A stretch of 64,000 nucleotides of DNA from Utricularia gibba (GCA_002189035.1 NEEC01000007.1:434001-498000); one strand, 5' to 3'; shown: positions 25,501-38,808, counted from the first letter of the stretch. Numbers and translations are program-made. Notes: a model not told the origin generated them from the letters alone.

Positions 25501-28500
25501 TCGTAATTCTTTTTTATTAAATTAATGTATTTATGGAAAGAAATTAATACCGAATTTGTGTCTAAAAAGGAATTAACGGTCCAAGGCATTCCCAATGTGA
25601 AGACGTACCAAAAAGATGGGGCTCTTGAGCGGAATGCGGCCGCGGGATGGGCGGATGGGACGCAGGCGGTCCCAGCGGTAGGCCGGTTGCCGGCCGGATA
25701 CCCACCCGGCCACCTACTTCGTTCGGCCTACCGGTCCGAGAGCAATCTCCAGACATTTGTCCAACACGTCTTGTCTAAAAAAGCACACAACAACAATTGT
25801 ACAATAAAGTAATGTCGGGAAAATAAACTACGTTAATACTATAATTTATTATATTCTTGAGGACTAAAAAAATATTATAAAAATATACTCTGAGGTTATT
25901 ATTCCCATAATAAAAAATATTATAAAAATATTGCATTCAACGCTTGAATGCATGCCCTACAGTGACCCTATCGGGCATGCATCATTCATTTCACGTAAAC
26001 GTGGTCGGGAGCCGCAGCAAGTTCAAACCTTGTCGGACTCGGACTCCCCCGGTCGGCCGGAGAGACTGCTCAGTTGAAGCCTCCCCCGGCAACCCGTACC
26101 GGGTAGTCGGTGGGTTCATCGAACCGGTTTACGCCGATGTATATGGACCGGTGAGTGCTCGTATGATGAAGATGAAGATGAAGAAGGTTCCCACACATGG
26201 AATTTCGAAAGATGCGGCGAGAAATGTAGTATATAGTTATGGAGTTATTACACCGGTCGGACATATGGGGAACTCTAGCTGGTACGGCCATCGAGTAACC
26301 CCGACGTCCATCAACGACAAAATAGAAAAAAATGTTGAAATTTAGTATTGGATGAGTTGGGAGAGAGCACACATGAAATCAAATACACAAAAAACATAAA
26401 TATCAATAGAAAAAATTTAGTCTAATCGATCTTTTTAATATATTATATTATTTCAATTTTATTTTTCGATATAATATTGTGTATTTTAACAAAAAAATAC
26501 TATGTTTTTTGAATTGTTGATGTTTGGATAAAAGTAGGGAACTCGTGGCATGGCCGTCGACCAACCCGGGCTTCCATGTTTCCATCTTATGATCGGAGGA
26601 TCCGGAAATAAGTTTACACACATATCACGGGTTAATATCATGATGTAGGATAATTTTTTACGATAATATCGGTTTTAATCAATTAGTTATTATGATTACA
26701 TGTTATTTAAAAAATCTACTACAAAATTATAAGAGTTACTATATTTAAATATGTTCCTTATCCCATATGTAACTAATTTGAAATAATGTGACTAGGTTGG
26801 CCTTATGTTCTTCCTCCCTTGTTTACCAATTCAACATTCTTGTTAAGTGACTTATCCTATTATTGTCTCATGTTCAGATTTGACTTTAGTATTGAATATT
26901 ATGACTCATGTTATTTTTGTACAATATTATTCATTTTAGATATTAGATCTTCATGATTTGATATTTTTTTCATTTGAATCAAAAGTCTAATACAAGATTG
27001 AGATATAATCTTTATTGGATCATGTTTCCCTCCCAAAGTCTCTAACATGGATCATTTTTATGACTGGTGCTCGGCACGTGTTGGAAGCAAGTCGGAATCT
27101 TTTACCTGGCAGTGTGAAGGCATTAAATTAAAGGCGTTGGGAGTACCTACTCTTCTTACACTTCGCACTTCCCGGCACCTTCTTCTTCCGACATTGTCAC
27201 TATTCATTCCATGTTCCTAATCCTCAAAACTACACGAGATGTATGTCCAGGCCGAAGACCCAATTTCGATCGCAATAAGCAAAACATCACATCATCAGTT
27301 TTCTGAATTTCAGAATGGAAATTTCTTTCGAATTTCGAACATCGAACATCCAACCAACAACGTTTTCATATGCGATAGACAGAATGTGAGCGTTGACAAT
27401 GGGAATACGCGTGCCTTTTGGACATAGTTGCATGTGTGTTTCTAAGCCATTGTCCTTTTTGAATACCGACGTGGGATTTGTGCTCATAATCGACAAACCA
27501 CCTTCTCAGAAGCATGCCTTTCGTAACATTACGACCAGGTTGTATTATTTTGATCTAGTAGTTTATCTTGATGATAAAAAAAAAAAAAATTCATTTTTGA
27601 CATTAGAGATGTGATGGATTATGCGAATTCGTGTTTGAAATCCTTCAAATACACAAAACGAGAATTATATTATAAAAACGTAAATGTCTCCACAATGAAT
27701 CTTTTTTTTTTTTTGTTGATTGGGAAAATTGGATAAGAATGTGGGTTTGCGCATATGATTTGCAAGTTGCAAATGACGAAGACATTTGGAGAAAAGAATG
27801 GTGTTTAGAAACCCTAGGGGCACGACTTTTGGTCTTGCTGTCGCAGAAATTTCTCTTCTCGTTGCAACTTGGAGCTGATAGACGGATAACTCCTGACCAC
27901 TCACCGGTGGCCACTTGTTGCCGGTGCACCGGACGCTTCTCCTTCTTCCTATACATCAACATCACCACCATAACGCACCATCAAATTCCTCGTTATCGTT
28001 TTTCGAGTATTGTGAACAGTGTCACAACATGAAGAAGAAATCCACCAAATGGAAGGGACAAGACACTTTTCAGGGCAAATTCTCATCATCTACATAATCT
28101 TTAGAAAATACAAGGATCTACATTCATTCATACAAAAATTCTCCTATGAATATCCCAAAACCATAGTCTTAAATTGGACATATCGACATTGCGAATGCGA
28201 GTGTCATTTGCAACAATCAAGTGTTGTGTAAAGATCAATTCCTACAATGGTCCTTGTAGTTCATTCAACAACATCCCTTAGATTATCCTCATACATTCAC
28301 ACTAAGCACACAAAAATTTAGCTACCAATCTCGAAACGCAAACTCGACTACATTGCGTCTTGAAGCGAAAACGGCTATTCGTAATGAACATCAGATCATA
28401 GATTAATATTCATTAGAAATCATACTAAGATGGTGACCTTGTTTGATAGATAAACCATGGATAGTTAGTTAATTTGGGCCTTGGGCCACTGGGGCACGTG

Positions 28501-29326
28501 CTAATTATGAAATGGGCCGTGGGCTTTATTACATAACACCGAACCGCTTTATAAACCATGGTTTTTTCCATGAATTACCATAAACGCCATTAGTGTCAGT
28601 AGGTTTCAGCTGGAATGAGCAGGGTCAGCATTGGTATTTCCAAAATCGAAGCATATCCATTTCAATTTCGAGTCGAATATTCCTCTCCTTTTTGTGCACA
28701 AATCTGGAAGATTTGAAGGCTGTCGTTGGCAGAGTCAGCAGGCTACTTTTAGTCTCGCCTTTCTACCAAATTCCATGCAATTTTGTCGGCGCTGGAATTA
28801 TTATGAAAAAAAAAAGAAATTATTAATGTGGAAAATACATGAAATGGGAAATTAATAATTAGAGTGGAACATATCATAAATAATATCATAAAATTTGATA
28901 ATCATCGTTTTCGAATCACAAAAAACATTAGGTGTAACATCAATTCTATTGTATTTGATAGTTTTATTTACATTGAGAATTACGTGTTATTTATTATATG
29001 TATGATGTCTAAAATAATGACATCGAGTCTCCAATAATATTTCTTAAAATTATTATCCCACATAAGATTTAGTAATTTAATGAGTGTTTATTTATTTGAA
29101 TATATTTGAAATGGTATTTCTCTTTTTATTTCTACAATTTGCATTAGAAATCATAAGTTTTATTTTTAAAAATAGTATGTATTTTTATAAACTTGAGAAT
29201 ATTTTGATTTTTCATTCTCAGAAATTATTTTCAAAAATTGAACTAAATACAGTGTTAGTGACATTAGTTGTAATGAAGGGGAGAAAGCTGACGTGTCATT
29301 CATTGGATGGTGGAAATTAGGTTTGA

Positions 29327-30460
29327 TTATTGTTGAGTAGAAAATTTCTCGAAAAAACGGAGCCTGTTCTCGCCGAGCCTCGTCTTGTAGGCGGACTTCT
29401 TGTACTCGCTCCATGTGAACTCTCTGTAGAGACTTTCTTCTCCGTCCGCCGTTAACGCCGGGAGGGGTTTTATCAGGACGTTCAGCGCCGGACCTCCGAA
29501 GAAGATCATGGAAATGCGGGACTCGTTCCCCTGTGCAATCACTCTGTGCTTCACGCTCCTGAACCTCCCGTTCGTCAGTACCTTCACAACGTGACAGCCA
29601 TGAAATGCTAGATTCCTTGTACGATGGTAATGGGGGTGGGAGAGGGGAGAGTGTATGCGCTGCTCTGCGTACCTGTAAGGAGTCGCCGACATTGACGTAG
29701 AAGGAAGTGGGATCGGGGGGACGGGGAGCCACCCGCCGTCTCGGAGACAAATCTGCAAGCCGGAAATGTTGTTGGATCTGCAGACGGAGATGATTTGGGG
29801 GTCGGTGTGTTCTCCGAATCCCATCATGTTCACCGCCGGCGACGGTGGGTAGTGGTTCAGACGGAGCAAGGAATCGCTGTTTTCGTCGTTTATCATTTTA
29901 CTTAAACAATCTCTTGTCGCAGCTCCCAGCTCCTCAGCCATTAGTTCCAGAACTTCACTCGCCATTCTCCTCACAAGCTCAGTGTACACCGTCAAAAGCT
30001 CCCTGTAACGAAAAAAAAAAAACAGAGCACTGGTTAAAGAAAACCGTATCTAAAATGTGGAACAAGTTTTCAGAATGTAATTTCACCGGAGAGACGATGG
30101 GGCTCCGTGGAAGAGTTCGCCGGAGTTGAGGTTTGCACTGAAAAGCAGATACTCCACCCATCCCACATCTCCCCTGGCGCCAATGTTCTTGTTCCCGTAC
30201 CCAAAAGGGTCCGCAGCGCAGGGCTTTTGCTTCTCCGATAAAGGGAGATTGAAAAAATTGAAGGCTTCGTCCTCTAGCTTTTCAAGGAACTCAATGGAGA
30301 CTCCATGGCTGATGACCTTGAAGAAACCGAATTCCTCGGCGGCATTGACAATTCGGGTCTTGGCATCGTGGCGCGAGAGATCGACGACAGGGATCCCGGC
30401 AGTGAACGTGCATGGCGTGACGCAGTTATCGAGGATCGGGTGAGATGATAAAACCACCAT
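29327..30460 (-). CDS. GA2ox: Gibberellin 2-beta-dioxygenase (C19 class), 3 exons; -1 frameshift at 29715-29720
   Basis: IPVVDLS, EEFGFFKV, GDVGWVEYLL, LRLNHYPP, GFGEHTDPQIIS, NVGDSLQ|VLTNGRFRSVKHRV, SRISMIFF; canonical introns 30085-30003 and near 29672-29583. Confidence 0.95.
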
Positions 30461-32486
30461 TCTTGAGCAGGCAGGAAGAAGAAGAAGCAGAGAGCAAAAG
30501 ATGGGATTCTGGTTGTCTGAATATTTGAGGCTCAGAGGAAAAACAGACCTCCATAAATAAATAACAAAGACGCGAAAATGATGAATGCGTGATGACGTGG
30601 CTCATGCAAAAAACCCACTGTCCCTTTCGAACCACTTTTGCTTCTAAACTTGTAAGAAAATACAATTAAAAATCAGATATTTCACCATAATAATCAATAT
30701 TTCGGGAAAAAAATCCCTATTTAATAAATATTTTAAATAAGGTTTTTACAGCGATATTATAATTCTTTCTTCTTATTAAGCTGTGTGAGTGGAGTAAAAC
30801 ACAGGTCGCAGTGTCCATGACGCCAGCTTTACACCAAGGCTTTCCATGAATCGATCGCCCCTTTTTCTCTTTAATAATGTGGGTGGGCACTGAACAGCTC
30901 ATCCCCCCCGTAAAACTCGATTTATATGTACGTTTTCGATTGCATGGGCTCGCCGAGCCCAAAACCCAACCCAACGGGACGGGGCTGCGTGCAGCGGCGG
31001 TGGAAGATGATGATGACCGGCAAGTGGGTTTTTACTTCCCGATGAAGGACACACAAAGGGAAGTCTTCCAGGGGGCAAAGTAGGGGCCCCGACGGCAAGT
31101 GGATCACCTAAAACGATGCAAGTAGAGGATGACTTGCATGAACACCCTGAGAATTAATTAATTCTACATTGTAAAATTAAATTGATTTAAGTACGCAAGA
31201 TATATTAATTAAGAATATTTTTTTTGAATACGATTCATATTTTTTTAAGTATCTAAACTTTACCCACACATACAATTGACTTATCGAATCCTTAATTTCA
31301 ATATTATTGTAATACAATGAATTTTGATCATAGAATTGAAATAATAGGATAATGTTTCATGGATGAGTAGGATAAAATAGTTTAATTTAATTGATTTTAA
31401 ATAAAGTTGATATACATTGATTATTTTTTACATAATATTAAGAAAATGGGGTTAGAAATATCATAATTAAAAAGTTTAGTTGGAGTTTTTGCGGCTGGTA
31501 GCGTCCACGACCCACGTGAAGCAGATTGGGGCCGGGCCGGTCCGCTCCGGTCGTCCAGTAGCGCGCGGCAAGAACTGATGCCGTCCACGTGAAGGTGAAG
31601 CCTTCATTTAATCTCCGCCAGTCGTCACCTGCCTTCTCTCGGGAATGGCTGTGATTTGACGTTACCAGCAGCCGGCCCGGGCCACCGTGGTTTTCCTGAA
31701 CCGGGTCCTCCCTCACTATAATTAAAAAATAAGAAAAATGGAATTTACATCAGATTCAGAAAAAAAGGATTTTTTATACTTAAATATCAATAAATATGGT
31801 ATTAGGATTGGGATGTAATAACGTTATTCTTATCCTAGAAATGAATAATATAAATGCAACTTGAATTTTTTTTAAATGTATTATTAAAAAAGCATATCCG
31901 GATGAATTAAAGAAGGCTCCAATTATTGGTTGGAACTGCACGGCTATGGGTCTACTGTTGGCAGGTGCAATTCCATAGACCACCATGGGGGTATAATTAT
32001 AGAGTTTTGGAATTTCTCATTTTTATTTATTTAAATGATTTTATTTAGTGAATTTTGTGTGTGTTGTGTGGGTGGGTGTGGTCAACCGTCGTGTCAGGAA
32101 TGCATTGGCCGAATCAGGGTGTCCTATGCGGTGTCAGTGTCCGAAAGCTGTTAAAAGAAAATCTTAAAATATCTCGTTATTTATAGTTTTTGTTGTCTCT
32201 TGTCTTTCGGTATTCCACTCTTGAAAGACGTGTAGTGTATTTATGGGTGGCAGCTGGCGGGCATGGAGGTGGTCTTCTTTTGGAAAGGTCAATCCAGATG
32301 GGCTTTTGCTCAACCTCTTGTTGGGCTATCAAGAAATGCTATTTTTAGAGAGCCCAGTGATGGGAGCGAGTGGCCCATTATGCTAAGTGCTTCGGCCCGT
32401 AGAGAACTAGGGCTTTTAAAGGACAAGGTCGAATGTGTATCGTTCTCTTTGCAGCCGCCGGATCTCGTCTGCGTCGCTCCGAAGAA

Positions 32487-33415
32487 ATGGCGATCTACAG
32501 GGTCTGTTGTGTGGCATCGCTTGGCTTTTTCGGATTTATGTAGATTAATTCTTCCTAATGCATGTGAATTTCTTGCGTTCGCTGTTTTTTTTTTTTAATC
32601 CCGGAAGGATGTAATTGTTTGTTTGGGGGTTTTGTGCAGTTCCATCAGTATCAGGTGGTGGGGAGGGCTTTGCCTACGGAGACGGATGAGCATCCTAAAA
32701 TCTACCGCATGAAGCTATGGGCTACAAATGAAGTCCGCGCAAAGTCGAAATTCTGGTGATTATAGCTGTTCTTGATTTCTGGGTGTTTTTTTTTTAATTT
32801 TGAGATCGCCACTATTCATCTGTGTCGAAGGGATACACCTTCAAGTTTGCTTTTTTCGCGTCGCTTAGGTACTTCTTAAGGAAGCTGAAGAAGGTGAAGA
32901 AGAGCAATGGCCAAGTTCTCGCTATCAACGAGGTACATTTCGCCACTGCATTCTGTAGATATCCTTGTCCGCCGCTAAACGGCTGCCTATTGCAAGATAC
33001 GTTGAAGTTTAACGAGGTTCCTCCGTGACTCCTGCATGAAGTAGTATACATATTCTGCTTTACGTATCTGCAGATCTTTGAGAAGAACCCGACTACTATT
33101 AAGAACTACGGGATATGGCTAAGATACCAGAGCCGCACTGGTTACCACAACATGTACAAGGAGTACCGTGACACCACTTTGAATGGAGCCGTCGAGCATA
33201 TGTACAACGAGATGGCCTCCCGTCACAGAGTCCGGCACCATTGCATTCAAATCATAAAAACTGCCACCATCCCTGCAAAGCTCTGCAAGAGGGAGAGTAC
33301 CAAGCAGTTCCATGACTCCCATATCAAGTTCCCTCTGGTTTTCAGGAAAGTGAGACCCCCTACAAGGAAGCTCAAGACGACCTACAAAGCTTCAAGGCCC
33401 AACTTGTTTATGTGA
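32487..33415 (+). CDS. RPL18A: 60S ribosomal protein L18a (eL20), 4 exons
   Basis: MAIYR|[12 protein letters not shown]...KSKFW|[15 protein letters not shown]...|[33 protein letters not shown]...RPNLFM*; site II motifs upstream. Confidence 0.97.
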
Positions 33416-34196
33416 TCTCTTTCTTCCCTGGAGAAACTCAAGTTCCAATTTTCTGCGCGCATCTTTGTGATGGAGTTTACATTGCAATTCAGGTTAACCG
33501 TTTGGTTTTCTGTGGAAGTTCTGATTCATCGTTTTCTTTGAAATGAAGTTAAGAAATTCTGCCGTTAGTGTATTCGTTGCGACCTTTTTTGAGTTCCAAT
33601 GTAGTTGACCTTACCCGGCCGGATGTACTGAACCCGTATACAGTGTCGTTTTCCATGCACCATGGGGACGAGAGCTTTTTGCTGAGAGGTATATGGACCA
33701 GAGCTTTATCCGAAATTCCTTGCCGGTTAAAGAGGGGAGGGATAATGAGATTGGGGATCCATGATATCCGTAAGAATAATGCACCGTGTTTGAAATCGAC
33801 GACGCCGATCGGATTGTCAACTCCATCCCACAGTGATGGCGATGCATCATACAGACACGTGTGATACATGGGCTGCGATTTTTGCATATTTGACAGGCTC
33901 GGTGTGGGAGGGGGTGGAAGATGACGGAGATCTTTAGATGCGTGCGTGGGAGAAGTGGGCAGTGGAATCAAGGGGATTAGATTGGATATACTTTCGGTTT
34001 ATCGTCGAACCCAATTCTTCTTCTTTTTTCTTGTCTGGTTTGGTTCTCAACGGGGATAGAATAGAGAGCTGCACTTCAGCTGTATGTTTCCATTTCTACT
34101 TATCAGAGATTCGTTACACAGCTGGGCCTCGTGTATTGGCCTTCCTTTTGGGGATTTTTGGCGTTAGGGCAGGGAAGGAGGAAGGATCGTGTGTAA

Positions 34197-37011
34197 ATGT
34201 TGGAGTTGAGGGAAGCTCTGCTGGGTGTCAATCTTGGGCTGGCTTTTGTTTGTGGGGTGGTCTCCATTGTTGCCTTCTATCAGGTAATCAACCCTGGTTT
34301 TTATTCTTTATTGATTTATTGGCTATTCACCCCCGTTGAATGCATGAAGAAGAATTGGGTCATGCTTCTTACCAATGATTATCACGCCGATGTGCAATTA
34401 GGCTTTGGATAGCCTTTATTTTGAAGTAGGCTTTCAGGCGATTTTACGCCTGATGGCGCTTGGAATTGCAGCGCTTCCCATCTAATGTAGAAAGTGATTA
34501 GGTGACCTGAGGGAGTTTTTATACTCAGGCTGTGTTTTTTTTTTACAAGTCACATGAAGATTCATTTTTTTCTATAAGGATGGTTTAACTGGATGCCCAA
34601 ACTTTTGGATCATGAGTAACGCCAGATGTTGTTTTGAGACTAGGATTCAAAGCTGGTAGAAAAATTTATTTTTCCCTAATTCATTCAATCACAAAGACGC
34701 GATTGAGATATGCCATGTATAATGTTGTCAGAAGCATTGTTGCATACTTTCTTTTGACCATGCCTTTTTTTTTCTCTAGTTACTAAGAATACACTCAAGA
34801 AATGTGCAGCTTGGATGGACCCGTCAAAAGGCAAGATGCTGTTCCTTTTTTTTCTCTGGGTTCATTGCAAGTATATCTGGTGAGCGTTGCCATAAATTCT
34901 CAGGTCTTCCATGTGCTTATTGGAACCTCTAACTTGGGTGAGCATTGCTAACTTTAATATTGGGACAGCTTCCTAAGTTGCTAGAGTTACCTTAGGGCAT
35001 GAATTTGATTTTCCTCTATTTCTGATTCAGTTTTTTTTTATTTGCATATATTTCAGGGTATTTCCTCTATTTTGTGTTGACTGTGGTCGCCGCCTGTAAG
35101 GGTTGGATATGCTGGTCATGTTCCTGTGGCTTTTTTGCTATGGGTATGAACTTCAAATGTGTGCTGTTCCACTTTTTTGGAAGGATGTGTTCTGGTTACA
35201 CGATAAACTCATTTCTGATGCTTTATCATGTCAGCATTCCCTAGGATCCTGTTTTTTGCTGCTTACCTTCTACTCTTGTCATTCTGGTAAGTCGCCCTGG
35301 TCTTCCTCAACAAGCAAGGTGACTGTTCTGTTCTACTGTCATGCTGTCATCTGAGTTATGTGTATGGAACTAAACTAAAAGTGGAATATGAACGTCGTTT
35401 GCTCGATTATTCAGTTAAATTTCATGTTTTTCTACCTGGAGATTCACATTCTTTTCACCATTTGATTACAGGGTAGACCTTTGTCACCAGTCAAACGATG
35501 ATTATGATGAGGACGAATACAACTCTGAAGAAGCCTTTCTGGAAAAGATGGATTTAGCTGATTCAAGTAGCTGTAACTGCATAAGGCTGTGTAAATGTTG
35601 GCCATTTCACGTAGGTTCTCGACAGAAAACTGTAACTCTGGTAAATAGGATATTTTTTATCCTTAAATTCCGCCATTTATTTTCTGATAATTATGTACAT
35701 CATGCATGTTTTCTAAACACCTGGACAGGCAACTGTGTTAATATTTGCAATAACCTTAGCGTCTGCCATGCTGATGTGGTTTTGGATGGGGAAAACAAGA
35801 CGAACTCCAGGATAGTTGCTCAGGCACGTTTTTTGTCATTCTGCATTCTCTGTCTTGTGATCACCTCTGCACATTCGTCAACCTGTATGATATTGCAGGT
35901 ATATGTAGTTCTCATTGCTGTAGTTTATCTTTTGCTAGGTGGGGCCTTGGCATCCTATGGTGAGCACCTGTAGCATATCTATTTCCTTGTTCCATCTTTC
36001 ATACTGCTTAAATATCGCAATTTTCTAGGCTTTTTATGATTTCTATTTACTCTCCTTGCTCAATTGCATGTTCAACATCATGGGTTTTTGCTGAAACCTC
36101 ATTTGTTCATTTGTCACTGTGCCATGTTTACTGAGAGTGCATTTCAGTTTCTCATTTACCTTTCAAATTTTGGTACACAGGACTTGTGTTAGTCTTGAAA
36201 ATGAGAAAAGTTAGATCTGAGCAGGTTGCATATGAGATGCGGAAGGTTAGTTTCATCGCTAACTTCATACATGTGTTTATCAGCCATTTGATTTCGTTCA
36301 CGGCCCAGTAATGCATGCAACAGATTTATTCATTGAAATCTGTTTGTTCAACACATCGGCATATATTCTATGTGCACTGCTGCATATGCATCAAGTTATT
36401 TTTTTGCTCTGTATGATAGGTGGCCGGTTTGGCCATTGTCTCCATCGTTAGTTTCACATCAAGTTCTGTCATCGCCATAACTACCAATATACCAGTAAGT
36501 TCATGGCCATGGTGTGGTTATAGTTTCTGGTTTCATTTCCGTCTTCCTAATCCTATGACGGTTCAGCTGTTTTATGGCTGGGAAGAAGGACGCATGGATG
36601 ATGTCTCCGCCTCTGTTCTGCTGGTGCTATACTACATTATAGGTACTTCATCTGAACATTTGAAATGATCGTCGATCCTGACGAATCAGAGTGATCACGG
36701 TCGGGCTTCGCTGCAGGATCATCGCTGCCGTCTGTGTTCATTTTATTTGTGATGAGAGACTTGCCGCAGCCGCCCCTTGTCAACAGAGAGGAAGAATCAA
36801 GAACCATTGCCTTCATCAATGAAGAAGGCTCTGCATCACACCATCATCCACAGCGCTGGACTGCTGCTGCGAGCACGGGAAAACCATGTACTCGTTTCAG
36901 ATTCTCAACTACCTTTTGCATCTCGATCTTTCGCAGGGCCCTGTATTTGATTCAACCTGTTCATGGATGCAGTTCACTAGAGCCAGCCGGCCCCAATCTG
37001 AGCCACCCTGA
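34197..37011 (+). CDS. DUF1084 / TOM1-like multipass membrane protein (putative 7TM), about 11 exons; one apparent frameshift; last exon uncertain
   Basis: Assembled exons: LAFVCGVVSIVAFYQ|LLRIHSRNVQLGWTRQK|VFHVLIG...AFPRILF...LLLLSFW|VDLCHQ...GSRQK...KVRSEQVAYEMRK|VAGLA...LYYIIGSSLPSVFILFVMRDLP. Confidence 0.85.
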
Positions 37012-37549
37012 AAGGCAACATGAAAAATGGCAGGTATTTGGACGAGGCTGGCGGTTGTACACAGTAGTTGCAAATGCCTGGGTTGATCTCTTGTCTCGTC
37101 CTTGCTAACCACAAGGCTAATGTGCTTCTGTATTGCACCCATTTCTGTGACTGATTGTGTTTAGTGGTAATTGGAAAAATGGGAGCTTTTTTTTCAACGG
37201 CGAATTGATCTATTAACCGACAGGCTCAGGCTGGTTTTGGTTTCGGTTTGGGTCGTTTGAAAATTGGCTACTCGAATGGTGAAGGGATAGCGAATTGAGG
37301 TTTTTCTTCTTTGTAAAGATTTGAAAAAGTTGCCCGGCTCCGACTCCGGGGGCGTCTGTTTCCTGCTTTTCGAGGCACGGAACTGTTGGCGCCGGCGGGC
37401 ACCGGCGGAAGTCATTGGGAGGGGTGAGGACTTTATAGTAATTTCTCACTACCATTTATTTTTCTATATTTATTTATATTTTTATTTGGGGAGGATTCCA
37501 ATCTGCAGCGATTGGTTGGGAGGGGACGTGAGGGGTGTGGGTTGGTGCG

Positions 37550-37730
37550 TTGGCCAATCAGAGTTCGCCACGTGTGGAGTCGGGTGGAAGTTACCGTTGT
37601 ACGTAGTAGTGGAGGAGAACGTACGGGTGGTCGCCATGTGGACAACAGAATTCGGGCGACCAATAGGAATGGAGATTTCGGTATGAGGAGATAGGACGTT
37701 GATTTCCTTCTTCGTCCATAAATAACTGCC
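37550..37730 (+). promoter_or_regulatory. Light-responsive LHCB promoter elements
   Basis: G-box GCCACGTG at 37567-37574, CCAAT boxes near 37554 and 37661, GATA-like motifs, TATA-like ATAAATA near 37718. Confidence 0.6.
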
Positions 37731-37810
37731 GGCTGATACGTTCTTCTCCACCCTCAGCAGCTCCGACGAGACATAGCAATCCTTTCGTTCTTCTCTTCAG
37801 GGTTCCTCCA

Positions 37811-38605
37811 ATGGCAGCTGCAACAATGGCTCTCTCCTCCTCCTCCTTCGCCGGACAGGCGGTGAAGCAGGCTCCCTCGACGCCGGAGCTCACCGGAAAG
37901 GGAAGGATCTCAATGAGGAGAACCATCACCAAGTCCACCTCAAGCAGCCCCTGGTACGGCCCTGACCGTGTTAAGTTCTTGGGTCCCTTCTCCGGCGCCA
38001 CCCCGAGCTACCTCACCGGAGAATTCCCCGGAGACTACGGATGGGACACCGCTGGCCTCTCTGCCGACCCTGAAACCTTTGCAAAGAACCGTGAGTTGGA
38101 GGTGATCCATGCCAGGTGGGCTATGCTTGGTGCTCTTGGAATCGTCTTCCCCGAGCTATTGGCCAAGAACGGTGTCAAATTCGGGGAAGCCGTCTGGTTC
38201 AAGGCAGGCGCTCAGATCTTCAGCGAGGGTGGCCTTGATTACTTGGGCAACCCTGGTTTGGTTCATGCCCAGAGCATCTTGGCCATCTGGGCCGTCCAAG
38301 TTGTCCTGATGGGCGCCGTCGAAGGCTACCGCATCTCCGGTGGACCCCTCGGAGACATCACCGATCCCCTTTACCCCGGAGGCAGCTTTGACCCCCTGGG
38401 ATTGGCAGATGATCCAGAGGCCTTCGCTGAGCTCAAGGTCAAGGAGATCAAGAATGGACGGCTAGCCATGTTCTCCGTCTTTGGCTTCTTTGTACAGGCC
38501 ATCGTCACCGGAAAGGGACCATTGGAGAACCTCTCCGATCACCTCGCCGACCCCGTCAACAACAACGCCTGGGCTTATGCCACCAACTTCGTCCCCGGCA
38601 AATGA
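37811..38605 (+). CDS. LHCB1: Chlorophyll a/b-binding protein of LHCII, type 1, intronless
   Basis: [61 protein letters not shown]. Confidence 0.97.
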   Translation: MAAATMALSSSSFAGQAVKQAPSTPELTGKGRISMRRTITKSTSSSPWYGPDRVKFLGPFSGATPSYLTGEFPGDYGWDTAGLSADPETFAKNRELEVIHARWAMLGALGIVFPELLAKNGVKFGEAVWFKAGAQIFSEGGLDYLGNPGLVHAQSILAIWAVQVVLMGAVEGYRISGGPLGDITDPLYPGGSFDPLGLADDPEAFAELKVKEIKNGRLAMFSVFGFFVQAIVTGKGPLENLSDHLADPVNNNAWAYATNFVPGK

Positions 38606-38808
38606 AAATCCTTAACTTCTCATGTTTGATGGCAAGTTTCAGTGAGCTTTAAGGGAACATTTTACTGTACATTTCCTTGGCAACTCTGGTTTTCATTGCT
38701 CTCTAATCAAAACTAAACAATGCTACCAAATGCAGCAGCAAAACATAGCTTAAACACAACCAACACAGTTGTGTAACCTAAAGAATGAACCAACCTAGAC
38801 GACGTGTA

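Noticed and set aside
26160-26190. ATGATGA as a C/D snoRNA box C (also near 62196)
   Set aside because: No CTGA box D or terminal stem at a suitable distance.
25944-26345. 133-aa plus-strand ORF and 100-aa minus-strand ORF as genes
   Set aside because: Non-AUG or weak starts, no recognisable domain; retained only as an unexplained GC island.
31462-31730. ATAATTAAAAA on both sides of the GC island as a Mutator-type target-site duplication
   Set aside because: No terminal inverted repeats inside; an AT-rich 11-mer in AT-rich flanks is easily chance.
37591-38001. Antisense ORFs over real genes (also 42117-42536, 47311-47784, 24271-24561, 23711-24001, 51271-51534)
   Set aside because: Shadow frames of GC-rich or repetitive coding sequence with no independent motifs.
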